Positions 19,436 through 28,498 of a stretch of DNA of 64,000 nucleotides are shown here, one piece after another. Within the stretch, counting starts at the first letter, position 1. Each line of letters opens with the position of its first letter. A model generated the notes under the pieces. It was not told the DNA's origin and made no database searches. It saw nothing but the letters and a program-made list of their open reading frames with translations. Location of the stretch: the NCBI GenBank assembly GCA_963716175.1, contig OY970296.1:2688001-2752000 (forward strand), read 5' to 3'. Made by a program: the position numbers and the translations under genes. The DNA comes from an uncultured Armatimonadetes bacterium. GTDB lineage: Bacteria; Armatimonadota; Hebobacteria; Hebobacterales; Hebobacteraceae.

Positions 19436-20425
19436 TCATCGCATGCGGGCCAGAAGGTCCCGCACCGCCCTCTCAACCTCGTTCAGAGGATGCTGCAGAG
19501 CGGTCTGCTTGAGTCGCGAGAACACCGGATACCCGGCAGCTTGCTCCAGCTCCCATTCCCGCGCGAACTGCCCGTCCTTGATCTCCGCCAGCGCCTCCTC
19601 CATGCAGGCCCGGAGGCCGGGTGGAAGCGCGCTTTCCATGTGGGTCAAGGTGCCGTACTGGCTGGTCTGGGAATGGAACGAGAGCTGCTGGAAAACGCCC
19701 ACCTCCGCCATCTGTTGTAACACCTCCGACGCCTCCCTGGAGGCCCACAGCTCCATCACCAGAGCCTCCGGCTGGTAGCCGCGGGAGACTAGAAACTCGA
19801 AGGAGCCAACCAGGATGCGGAAGATCGCGGGCCACACGAAATGCTCGTTGAAGTGATCCAGCTCCGTCTCTTCGGCGAAGCTGCTCTCGATGGCGCCGGC
19901 GCGAGTGGAGCCGATGGCGCGGGCGAGGGCCAGCGTCTTGGGCCAGGCCTCTCCCGATCCGTCTTGCTGGACGGCGACGAAGGCAGGCACGCCTTTTCCG
20001 GCCAGGTACATGGAGCGCACGCTCACCCCGATCATGCGCGGCGCCACCATGATCACATCAACCTCCGCGGGGGGTGTGATGAGACCGTAGTGCACGTTGT
20101 ACCCGTGGGCGAAATCGAGCGCCTTGCCTGGCCTGAGGTGGGGCAGGATGTGCTCCCGGTAGGCGCGCTGCTGCACCTCATCCGGGATCAGCAGGCAGAT
20201 GATGTCCCCGGCCGCGGCTGCCTCCGACATCGTCATCACCGGGAAGCCGTCAGCCGCGGCCTGCTCCAGGGTAGCATCGCGTATCCCGCCGACGACCACC
20301 TTCACCCCGCTGTCGCGTAGGTTCAGCGCTTGCGCCCGGCCCTGGTTGCCATAGCCGATGATGGCTACCGCTCTGCCTTCGAGCCGCGCCAGGTCGGCAT
20401 CGCCATCGTAGTAGATCTTCACCAC
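19436..20425 (-). CDS. ilvC: Ketol-acid reductoisomerase (divergent, short class I)
   Basis: KIYYDGDAD, IIGYGNQGRAQALNLRDSG, FAHGYN, APRMIG, EETELD, SQTSQYG; GGAGG RBS before GTG 20425. Confidence 0.85.
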   Translation of the reverse strand: MVKIYYDGDADLARLEGRAVAIIGYGNQGRAQALNLRDSGVKVVVGGIRDATLEQAAADGFPVMTMSEAAAAGDIICLLIPDEVQQRAYREHILPHLRPGKALDFAHGYNVHYGLITPPAEVDVIMVAPRMIGVSVRSMYLAGKGVPAFVAVQQDGSGEAWPKTLALARAIGSTRAGAIESSFAEETELDHFNEHFVWPAIFRILVGSFEFLVSRGYQPEALVMELWASREASEVLQQMAEVGVFQQLSFHSQTSQYGTLTHMESALPPGLRACMEEALAEIKDGQFAREWELEQAAGYPVFSRLKQTALQHPLNEVERAVRDLLARMR

Positions 20426-20454
20426 GTTAGCCTCCCGGGAGATAACTGGCTGGA

Positions 20455-23400
20455 CTACTGCTGAAGCAGGATCCGGATATGCTGCATCCGCGCGCGCTCC
20501 AGGCGGACGCACTGGCGATCCGGCTCGTACTCAAAGGCCGCCTCCTTGCCGTCCACCAGCACTTTGGCCGGCGGCCGATGGCAGTGAATCCGGACCATCA
20601 TGCTGTCGTAGAGGTTCAGCTTCGCCTCCGTGGCGTCGGCGTCGAAGGTCAGCACGGCGTCGCCAGAGCTGCTGGTCTCGAACAGCAAGACCCCGTCGGC
20701 CGAGAGGCGCTGGCCTCGGTGCAGCGCCGCCCGGGTCACCTGTTCGCCAGCGCGGCGCACGAAGCACGATCGCCCCACCGCCTCCACGCCGGCCGCTTTT
20801 ATCTCCGGCTGATCCAGCGCGAAGAGCGCCACATCCCTGGCGGCGGGGGTCACGATGCTTGCCCCGAGCACGTTGGGCTCGCGGATGGGAGCGACTTGCA
20901 CGTCGCTCGTGCTTCGTAGCGAAGTAGCATCGCTACTTCGCAGAGTAGTATCGGGCGAGGCCGAGGCGGGCTTGCCCGCCGGCCGCGTGGCGGGGCGCGG
21001 CGCGAGCACTGACAGGAAGTAGGTTCGCGGCGTCTGCTCGGCGGGCCGCAGCGTGAGTTGGGTGAAGGCCCGGGCGGTCTCGAAGGGCCGATCCGAGCCG
21101 GCCTCCTCGAAGGTCCTCTCCCGGATCTCGGATGCGAAAGCCTGCGGCACGACCATGGTCACGTCCACCGCCGCCTGATCCTGCGTCACGGTGATGCGGC
21201 TCCCATCAACCTTCATGTCGCCATAGGTGTGCAGCAGCCAATCCACGCGGGAAGGCGCGACGGCGTCCACGTCATCGAACAGGACGAAGTAATCCGGCGG
21301 CTGCGCCGGGTCCGCGTGCCTCAGGTACATCACCTCGCGCACGAAGCTGTTCACATCCTTGGGGTCATAGGCGAGCGAGGCATCGCCCACCAGCCCGCGC
21401 GTACCAGGGCGCTTCCATCAGGTCGGAGACGATGCCGCGGTGCCGGGGGTCGCCCCGCGACCCTGCCACGTGCACGTCGCCGAGCTGTTCCTTCCCGTTC
21501 ACCATGATGGTGTTGTGCGCCTCGGTCTGGCAGCCCCAGACCTGATGCGGGTAGAGGAGATCAACGAGCAAGGGCCGGCCATAGGCGTAGAGCACGAAGC
21601 TGTTGGTGTCATGATGGTGGTGGTCCCAGTCCTTCTGGCCTCCCTTGAGCGCGAAGAGGGTGGCCTGCGGGTCGTGCCACCGGCTTCGCACCACGGCCCA
21701 GCTGATGTCCGGGAACAGTTTATCCAGCGGAAGCCCGCTGGGATCTCTCGCCTCCAGCGCCGGATCGCACCACAGGAAGCTGAAGATATCGCCGGAGCCG
21801 CTCCGTTCAGTGATCGTCTGGGCGAACCACTGAGCGTAGCCGTCTCGGTACTCGCGGGCCAGCCGGTAGAGAATGGGCGCGGTTCCGTCGGTGCCCTGGC
21901 CGCAGTTGGAGAAGGGGATGAAGCTCCGCTCGTCCGGCTCCATGATGTTGATGAACCACTGCGCCAAGCGCGGTAGCTTGGCATTCTGGAACAGATTGAC
22001 CTGCCCCTTGGTGACGCGCTGGAGGGCATCGGCATAGAGGACGGCGCGGAACCAGATATAGGTGCCGTAGCTGCCGCTCTCCCCCCATCCGCCTTCCCGG
22101 TCCAGCGCCTGCGGGTAGTGCCAGGTCTTGAGCTGGAAGAGGCGGGCCCAGTCTGCCGCCTGCGGCTCCTCCCCGAGCAGGCTGAGGGCGGCGACACCGA
22201 CCTGCCCGAGGATCACCCCGCCCCAGTTGCAGCGATACCAGTGGGTCCACCACTCTCCCTGGTCAATGGCGGCGAGCATGGGCTTGATGCCATGGTTGAT
22301 CACGGCCTCTCGGATCTGTTCCCGTTGCGCCTCAGTGAGGGCATCGTACATCCAGTCGTAGGCCAGGGCCAGGCTGCAGGTGGCCTCGGCGGTGACCAGA
22401 GCTTCCGCCTGGGGCATGAGCCAGCCCGTGTCGGCTAGCAGCGCCTCCAGCGCGGTCACCGCGCGCCGAGCATAGACCTCCTGGCCGGTGAGGGCGTAGA
22501 CGAAGGCGAGGGTCCGCAGCCGCCGCGAGTTCTCCCAGTGGGAGCCCTCGGCCGTCCACTCGGAGGGATCGCCGCCCGCTAGCTCGTCGGCCTCGGCCTT
22601 GATGTGCTGCCACATCCCCGCCGCAGGCGCCTGCTTGGTCTTCTCGAGCAGCGCCGCTAGTTCGTCGCGGCTGAAGAACAGGTAGGGATGCGGCCCGGGC
22701 GCGGCCAGGCCTGGCCCGTGGGCCTTCAGGTAGGCCGCTCCCAGCCCTTTGGCGCGCACGGTATAGGCCGCATCCACCGGAGCCACGTCGAAGCGGACAA
22801 TGCGCCGGCCCTCCGCCCGCTCGATCCTGGAGGGCAGAGCTTTCCCGGCCGCGTCACACACCTCCAGTGCATCGGCGGCAGGGGGCAGGTCCACCTCCAG
22901 CGTGAGCGGCTCCTTGTAGAAGTCCGGGTCAGTGGCGCAGGCAAGCTGAAGCGCGAGTGTGTCGTCCCCAGTGGGGTGGGCCCAGAGGGCGGCGTTATCG
23001 CGCTCCTGCCAGTACTGGTTGATGGCGCTCATGCCGGCCTGCCAGAGATTCTCCTTCTGGGACTGCACATACTCGAGCAGACGGCGGAAGAGCGGCGGGG
23101 TGATGTGGAGGTGGCCTTCGCCGATGGGATGGAAGTGAAACTGGAGCGAGTCCCCCTCGGCCACGCCCTCGTCCATCCGCTGCTTGAAGGCCTCGAAGTT
23201 GAAGGAGGGGTAATCCTCGCTGCACGACATGGATCGGTAGCTGCCGCGGGAGAGGTCGTACTTGGCGGTGAAGAAGTCGAACGACTTGCGCTGCATCCAC
23301 AGCGTGGCGCCGCCGCTCAGGAAGGTGAGCAGCTTGACGTCTGGCTGAAGGCGGTGCAGGAGCTTCGCTGGCTCCCCGATCTCTCTCTCCGCCTCCCGGT

Positions 23401-23797
23401 CTGTCCTGGCGCCGTTGTGAGTCAGAGTGTGGTCGCCCAACTCGTGCCCCTGCTCGATGACGGCTCCCTCCCAGGTGCTCTTGTACTGCTGATAGCTCGA
23501 CTTGCCGGGATTGACCAGAAAGGTCCCGATCAGACCATATTCGTTCAGCCACGGGACCGCGCGCTCGATGTGGGTGCGATTGGAGTCATCGAAGCGCAAG
23601 CTGAGGGCGGCACGCTTCCCGCCGTACCAGCGGCAGATGTGTGCAGATAGGCGGTCGGAACTCGGCTTTGGGTTACTGCTCATCTCCATCTCCTGACAGA
23701 AACTTGGCCCGGGGTGCACCAGCGCCAGCATCAGGGCAGAGAGAGCGAGGGCCACCCGCGTCATTCTGGAATTCGCCGATGCAGGCACGGGAGACAT
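20455..23797 (-). CDS. Secreted polysaccharide deacetylase (NodB-like) fused to DUF4962/heparinase II/III-like lyase; apparent 1-bp frameshift near 21393
   Basis: Signal peptide; LRFDDS and DHTLTH (NodB); HPYLFF, CNWGG, GGWGESGSYG, HHHHDTNSF, TEAHNTIMVNG. ORF 20455..21390 continues the lyase after one extra G in a GGG run. Confidence 0.8.
20905..20948. repeat. 44-bp palindromic element (family A), in frame inside the lyase gene
   Basis: Reverse complement matches 51202..51245 at 41 of 44 positions; translated within TTLRSSDATSLRSTS. Confidence 0.85.
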
Positions 23798-23917
23798 AGA
23801 GGCCTTCCTTGTAGACCAGCCGGACGCAATTGCGAGGGGCGGGGCCTGCCCGGAGTGACCTGTCCTGCGAAGCTTCAGCCAAGCAGCAAGCCGAGCGGAC
23901 CGCCCCTCGCCGGCTCA

Positions 23918-23941
23918 GATTCCGCTCCCGGGAGCGGAATC
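23918..23941. repeat. Perfect 24-bp palindrome, intergenic
   Basis: GATTCCGCTCCC-GGGAGCGGAATC, between the S8 gene stop and the lyase start. Confidence 0.7.
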
Positions 23942-24077
23942 CTTCCCTATCAGCAAGGCGATCGCTCTGGAGCCTCACCGCGCCATCGCCAACACCGGCC
24001 AGCCTCACGATGCCGCGTTGCTAGCAACCCGCCTCCGCCACCAGCAAGCAGGGCCGGTGGGCCCGACCGTCTCTGGC

Positions 24078-24101
24078 GGGCAGGTCGCGGACTTGCCCTA
24101 C
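24078..24101 (-). repeat. GTAG-type REP-like element
   Basis: GGGCAGGTCGCGGACTTGCCCTAC resembles 56744..56767 (GGGCAGGTCGCAGGCCTGCTCTAC); just downstream of the S8 stop. Confidence 0.65.
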
Positions 24102-24117
24102 CTATTGGCTGTGGCCG

Positions 24118-26145
24118 TCACGGCACGGAGATGGAGTCGCTGGTCTCCAGGTTCGCCGCTGGGTCATAGCTCCAGCCGGCCAGGCTCGCATTGTCCACTG
24201 TGAAGGTGAAAGTGATTCCCCGGGCCGCCCTCTTCACAGAGTTTGACTGAAGCGTGACCCGGCCGCTGGCATTGGTGAGGCCCACGTCGCGATCCCCGGT
24301 CGCTTCGCTCCAGTGCCCGGAAACGCTGGCTCCGGCCACCGGATACCCGTTGCCATCACGGATCGTGACTGTGGCCAGAGCCGAGGTGTTCACCCCCCCT
24401 CTCTTCAGAGCCATGCCAATGTCAGCCACATGCAGTGACCGACCCGCCGGCAGAATGGTCACAGGGGCGGTCCTGACGTTGTCGGCCACCTTGGTCTCCC
24501 CTGCGACCGGGCCTGCCTCCGCCTTCAGCAAGTGGTCACCCGGCGACGCCGACTCGGCGTGCCAGGTGAAGGAGAGGGCCTGGCTCTGCCCCGGTGGCAG
24601 GCCCGCCACATTCTGGCTGCCGATCACAACGTTGTCTGTGGTGTCGGTCAAGGTGACGCCGAAGCTCTCGCTATCGTCGCCGCGGTCGGTCACTGACACC
24701 TGCACGGCAACATCGCCCTGCACGGCCGAGCCAGGAGCGTTCAGGTCGGTGACGGCCACATCGTGCACGGGGGCGAACTCATAGCTGAGCGCGGCATAGG
24801 CGTCCACGATCCCCCACCCATACTGCTGGTCCCAGCCCGCCGGCCCCTTGTCCTCCGCGGTCATCTCCAGGGCCTCCCGCACTCCGTCTGGGTCGGTCAC
24901 ACCGTTGGCGATGAGCAGTGCCGCCACCCCGGAGACATGGGGCGTGGCCATGGAGGTGCCGGAGAAGAACCAGTAGCCGAAGCTCCCGGTGTTCTTGGTG
25001 TTCGGGTTGAAGGTGTTCTGGAGCACCCCGTCACCGTAGCCGTCGCCGTTCTGGTCCACGTTGAGGTCGCCCCCAGGGGCGGCCAGATCAACGTAGGAGC
25101 CGTAGTTCGAGTAATAGGCGCGGGTCTCGTCGTAGCGCGTCGCCGCCACCGCGATGCAGTAATCATCGTAAGCTGCAGGATAAGAAGGCAGGTTCGACTT
25201 GTCGCCGCCGTTGCCGGCGGCGCAGACCACGGTGGCCCCGGCCCCGTAGGCATAGGCGACCGCGTTCTCCAGGGTGCTCGAGGTGCCGGGCCCGCCCAGG
25301 CTGAGGTTCAGCACCTTCGCGCCATGATCAGCGGCATAGTAGATGCCATCGGCGATGTCGGCGTCGGTGCCGAAGCCGTTGCCATCCAACACCTTGACCG
25401 GCATGAGCTTGGCATCGAAGGCCACCCCGGCGGTCCCCAGCCCGTTATTGGTGCTCTGGGCAATAGTGCCGGCGACATGGGTGCCGTGGCTGTTGTCATC
25501 ATTGGGATGCGAGTCGTTGTTGACGTAATCGTAGCCCTGGACGAAGGTCATCGGGTCCAGGTCGGGGGCCCGGTAGTAGGTCTTGCGGCGGTTCCCGATC
25601 CGCTCCGAGTAATCCTCGTAGGCGATGCCCGTGTCAATCACCGCCACCACGGCGCCCGCCCCAGTCGAGATCGCCCAGGCTGGCCCTAGGTTGATGCCGC
25701 CTCCGTTGGCGCCCCCATACGGGTTCGGGGTTGTGCTGTCGTCGAGATGCCACTGATAGGGGTAGTAGGGATCGTTGGGAAAGCCCAGCGCGGAGCGGAC
25801 GAAGTTTGGTTCGGCGTACTCCACTTCTCCGTGCCGCCGGTAGGCGGCCACCGCCTGGGCCACGCTCCGGCCTGGCCGCAGGCGCAAGCGCAGGAACCCC
25901 GCGAAGGGGCTGCGGTAGATCATCGCGGCTCCGTGGCCGCGGTTAATCGCATCAACCGCGGCCGGCGGCGCCCCAGGCTTGAACTTGACGATGATCTCCC
26001 CGGCGACCGCTTGCGCCTGCTCATAGGGGATCATCTGGCTGGCCGACAGATCCTCTCGCGCCTGAGCACCTGTGACGCCCGCGACCAGCAGGGCCAGCGC
26101 CACCAGTATCGCCGCTGCGGTGAGATTGAGCCATCTTGCCGTCAT
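24118..26145 (-). CDS. Secreted subtilisin-like S8 serine peptidase with prodomain and CARDB/Ig-like C-terminal domains
   Basis: Signal peptide; triad VAVIDTG, HGTHVAG, GTSMATPHV; oxyanion AAGN; HDVAVTDL CARDB-like segment. Confidence 0.95.
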   Translation of the reverse strand: MTARWLNLTAAAILVALALLVAGVTGAQAREDLSASQMIPYEQAQAVAGEIIVKFKPGAPPAAVDAINRGHGAAMIYRSPFAGFLRLRLRPGRSVAQAVAAYRRHGEVEYAEPNFVRSALGFPNDPYYPYQWHLDDSTTPNPYGGANGGGINLGPAWAISTGAGAVVAVIDTGIAYEDYSERIGNRRKTYYRAPDLDPMTFVQGYDYVNNDSHPNDDNSHGTHVAGTIAQSTNNGLGTAGVAFDAKLMPVKVLDGNGFGTDADIADGIYYAADHGAKVLNLSLGGPGTSSTLENAVAYAYGAGATVVCAAGNGGDKSNLPSYPAAYDDYCIAVAATRYDETRAYYSNYGSYVDLAAPGGDLNVDQNGDGYGDGVLQNTFNPNTKNTGSFGYWFFSGTSMATPHVSGVAALLIANGVTDPDGVREALEMTAEDKGPAGWDQQYGWGIVDAYAALSYEFAPVHDVAVTDLNAPGSAVQGDVAVQVSVTDRGDDSESFGVTLTDTTDNVVIGSQNVAGLPPGQSQALSFTWHAESASPGDHLLKAEAGPVAGETKVADNVRTAPVTILPAGRSLHVADIGMALKRGGVNTSALATVTIRDGNGYPVAGASVSGHWSEATGDRDVGLTNASGRVTLQSNSVKRAARGITFTFTVDNASLAGWSYDPAANLETSDSISVP

Positions 26146-26491
26146 CTTCCTCGCCTCCATTCTCGCCTCGGGAGGACAGCCGTCGCCCGCGCCCGCTCCT
26201 GGGTGTCGCCGCTCGTGCCGCAGAGGCCTCCCGCTCAGGATTATAGCCGACAGGCCGAACAAAGATCAAGCTCGGCAACGGGCCTGCCCAGAACGTAGCC
26301 GAGGGGCTGAGGTATGAGCGGAATGGGTCCGGCGCGGTGTGGGCTCGCACCAGCGGCTGTATAGTGGCGCGCTGGCGGGGTGCGAGAAGCTCGCCGCCAA
26401 TGGTCCGAAATGACAGCCAGAATGTCGCCATGATCAGCAGGATAAGGGCCGCGATCTTCCCAATATCACCTCGGCAGTAGGTCGGCATCAT
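26021..26491 (-). CDS. Possible small single-pass membrane protein (3' end uncertain)
   Basis: AGGAGAGG RBS and TM segment IAALILLIMATFWLSF. The tail runs through the S8 promoter and start and is probably not real coding. Confidence 0.35.
   Translation of the reverse strand: MMPTYCRGDIGKIAALILLIMATFWLSFRTIGGELLAPRQRATIQPLVRAHTAPDPFRSYLSPSATFWAGPLPSLIFVRPVGYNPEREASAARAATPRSGRGRRLSSRGENGGEEDDGKMAQSHRSGDTGGAGPAGRGRHRCSGARGSVGQPDDPL
26240..26269 (-). promoter_or_regulatory. Putative sigma70 promoter of the S8 peptidase
   Basis: TTGATC-N18-TATAAT on the minus strand, about 95 bp before the start. Confidence 0.6.
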
Positions 26492-26621
26492 CCTCTCCTG
26501 AGGCGCGGCGGTGCGCCGCTTGGGTCGGGTGCCAGATCAAGGCCCCGACCACTGCCAGTCGGTTTGGGCCTCGATTGGGGTATATTGCGTGCATAAAGGG
26601 CATCGCATGGGAGCTGGTTCT

Positions 26622-26957
26622 ATGAAGCATGCCGTGCTGCTCTCAGCCCTCGGCAAGGTGAGCGGCCACTTTGTGGCGGTGGTATATCTGGTGCTGGGCC
26701 TGGGGGATCTGATCATGTCTCTGGCCGCCTTCCGGCTGGGGGTTGTCGAAGGGAACCCGGTGCTTGCGTTCATGGTTGTCCACGGTCTCTTCGTCCCTGC
26801 CAAACTGATCTTCACCTTGCTCGCTGCGGGTCTGATCGTCATCCTCTACTCTCGGAGTCGAGTGCAGCTCATCTGCTGGTCGGTCCTCATCTTGATGGCG
26901 CTGGTTGACGTGTACCACGTGGTGAGCCTGTCAGCCCGTCTGCAGCTTGGTTGCTAG
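26622..26957 (+). CDS. Small membrane protein, DUF5658-like
   Basis: About 3 TM helices with D...S...G..E.NP...K pattern (GDLIMSL..GVVEGNP..AK); GGGAG RBS. Confidence 0.7.
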   Translation: MKHAVLLSALGKVSGHFVAVVYLVLGLGDLIMSLAAFRLGVVEGNPVLAFMVVHGLFVPAKLIFTLLAAGLIVILYSRSRVQLICWSVLILMALVDVYHVVSLSARLQLGC

Positions 26958-27140
26958 CAGGGGAAGCGGCCGGCTCCGCAGAGGCATCGCCCGGCGCTCC
27001 CGGATGAAGCTCTCCGGGACCAGGTCCACGATCTCATGCTCGATCTCGCAATCCCGCGAATTGACAAAGGCCACCCCCAGGGCTTCGGCCAGCACCGGGC
27101 CCAGGTCCTTGGGCTTGACGCTCCCCAGCGCGACTACAGA
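26931..27140 (-). pseudogene. Remnant of a PilB/GspE N-terminal (MshEN/T2SSE_N) domain
   Basis: Manual translation VVALGSVKPKDLGPVLAEALGVAFVNSRDCEIEHEIVDLVPESFIRERRAMPL matches the MshEN-region pattern; preceded by in-frame TAG with no start codon. Confidence 0.6.
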
Positions 27141-27384
27141 CTATGGTCTTAGCGGGGCAGCTGGACAGCGATCAGCTGGATAGCTGACAGGCGACAACTA
27201 AGGTAGCAGTTGAGCAGCAGCCAGCCTGGGTGTGAATACGCCCCGTCTGCCATTATCAGGCCCCCGGCCGAGTCAGTGAACGCCATTGGGCCCGCGGGCT
27301 GCCGATTTCAACGGAACTGTGGCATAGGGGCCTAGGACAAAGGTCTCGTCTCCTGTGACGCGGCCTATCCCCGAGGAGCTTGCG

Positions 27385-28083
27385 ATGACCGTGCGACTAG
27401 AGCAGCCGAGAGTCCGTCTGCGCTGCCTGGTAGTGGCGGCCTCCCCTTCGCCCTTGCTGCGACAGGGGCTGCGGCAGCTGCCGCGCGTGGACCCAGCGCT
27501 GGCGCTGGTGGGGGAGGCGCGGAGCGGAGAAGAGGTGCTGGCCCTGCTGGCCCGGTCCCAGCCGGACGTGCTGCTGCTGGACTCGGAACTACCCGGCGTG
27601 GCCGATCTTGAGCTGCTCAGGCAGGTGCTGTCAGAGCATGCCGGCCTGCGGGTGTTGGTCTTGCTGGGAGCCGAGCCGCCGGATCATTACCTGGGACAGG
27701 CGGCCGCCTCCGGCGCCACTGGGTTCGTGCTCAGAAACGCGGATCTTGCCCTGCTCGCCAAGGCGCTGCGGGCAGTGGCGGTCGGTCGCACCTGGCTCCA
27801 GCGGGAGCTGACCGACAGGCTCTTACGCGACTATGCGATTGCTAGCTCGCCGGCAGTGCACACTCCCGGGGTTGCCCTCAGCCGCCGCCAGCGCCAAGTG
27901 CTCGATCTGCTGGCCCAGGGGCTGCGCACCCGCGACATCGCCCGTCAACTGGCCATCTCCGAGAAGACCGTGAAGGCCCACCTCACCGGGCTGTTCCGCA
28001 AGCTGGGCGTGAGCAACCGGTGCGCAGCGGTCTGCTTCGCGCTCCGCCGGGGGTTGGTTCGCGCCGGGCTGCGAGGAGCCTGA
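27385..28083 (+). CDS. NarL/LuxR-family response regulator with atypical receiver
   Basis: PDVLLLD receiver and LS.RQ.QVL.LLAQG....IA..L.ISEKTVK.H HTH; GAGGAG RBS before ATG 27385. Confidence 0.9.
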   Translation: MTVRLEQPRVRLRCLVVAASPSPLLRQGLRQLPRVDPALALVGEARSGEEVLALLARSQPDVLLLDSELPGVADLELLRQVLSEHAGLRVLVLLGAEPPDHYLGQAAASGATGFVLRNADLALLAKALRAVAVGRTWLQRELTDRLLRDYAIASSPAVHTPGVALSRRQRQVLDLLAQGLRTRDIARQLAISEKTVKAHLTGLFRKLGVSNRCAAVCFALRRGLVRAGLRGA

Positions 28084-28221
28084 TCGGCCCATCTGCTAGC
28101 TGTTCAGTTGCCAGTCGGGAAAGCAAGCGGAGCGTCCGCAGAACTCTCTCAGGAGCGGCCCAGGGAGTGACATGCTTGGCCTCCCGGCCATGAGCTGAAC
28201 AGTTGCCCCATCTTGCCGGGC

Positions 28222-28250
28222 TTGCCCTTATCTCGACTGCGTGGTACCAT
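28222..28250 (+). promoter_or_regulatory. Putative sigma70 promoter of the vWA gene
   Basis: TTGCCC-N17-TACCAT with an extended -10 TG. Confidence 0.4.
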
Positions 28251-28388
28251 GCGGAGCACGATTGCCGCAGTACGGCGAAGCACATTCCCCCCTGCTCAGA
28301 AGGGACCAATCGGGGCCTTGGCGCCTCGGGTCTCGGGACCGCTCTGACGTCAGAGCGAGGAGGAGCAGATAGGGGGGTGGCGAACTGG

Positions 28389-28434
28389 AGGCCTGCTCCC
28401 TCGGCTGCGCTCGGAGCAGGCCTGAGCGCAGCCG
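28389..28434. repeat. Interleaved inverted repeats A-B-A'-B' (two perfect 11-bp pairs)
   Basis: AGGCCTGCTCC / GGAGCAGGCCT and CGGCTGCGCTC / GAGCGCAGCCG. Confidence 0.75.
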
Positions 28435-28498
28435 CAGGGGGGGGCGCGTTAGGCTGGGCGGCAGGGCGCCTCAGACGTTCTGCCTAGCAGGGGCATGG

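Noticed and set aside
26021-26270. C-terminal half of the 156-aa ORF as a real overlapping gene
   Set aside because: Runs through a consensus promoter and the S8 start with low-complexity sequence.
27150-27230. CAGC/AGCT-rich tract as a CRISPR or tandem repeat
   Set aside because: No fixed repeat-spacer period; degenerate low complexity.
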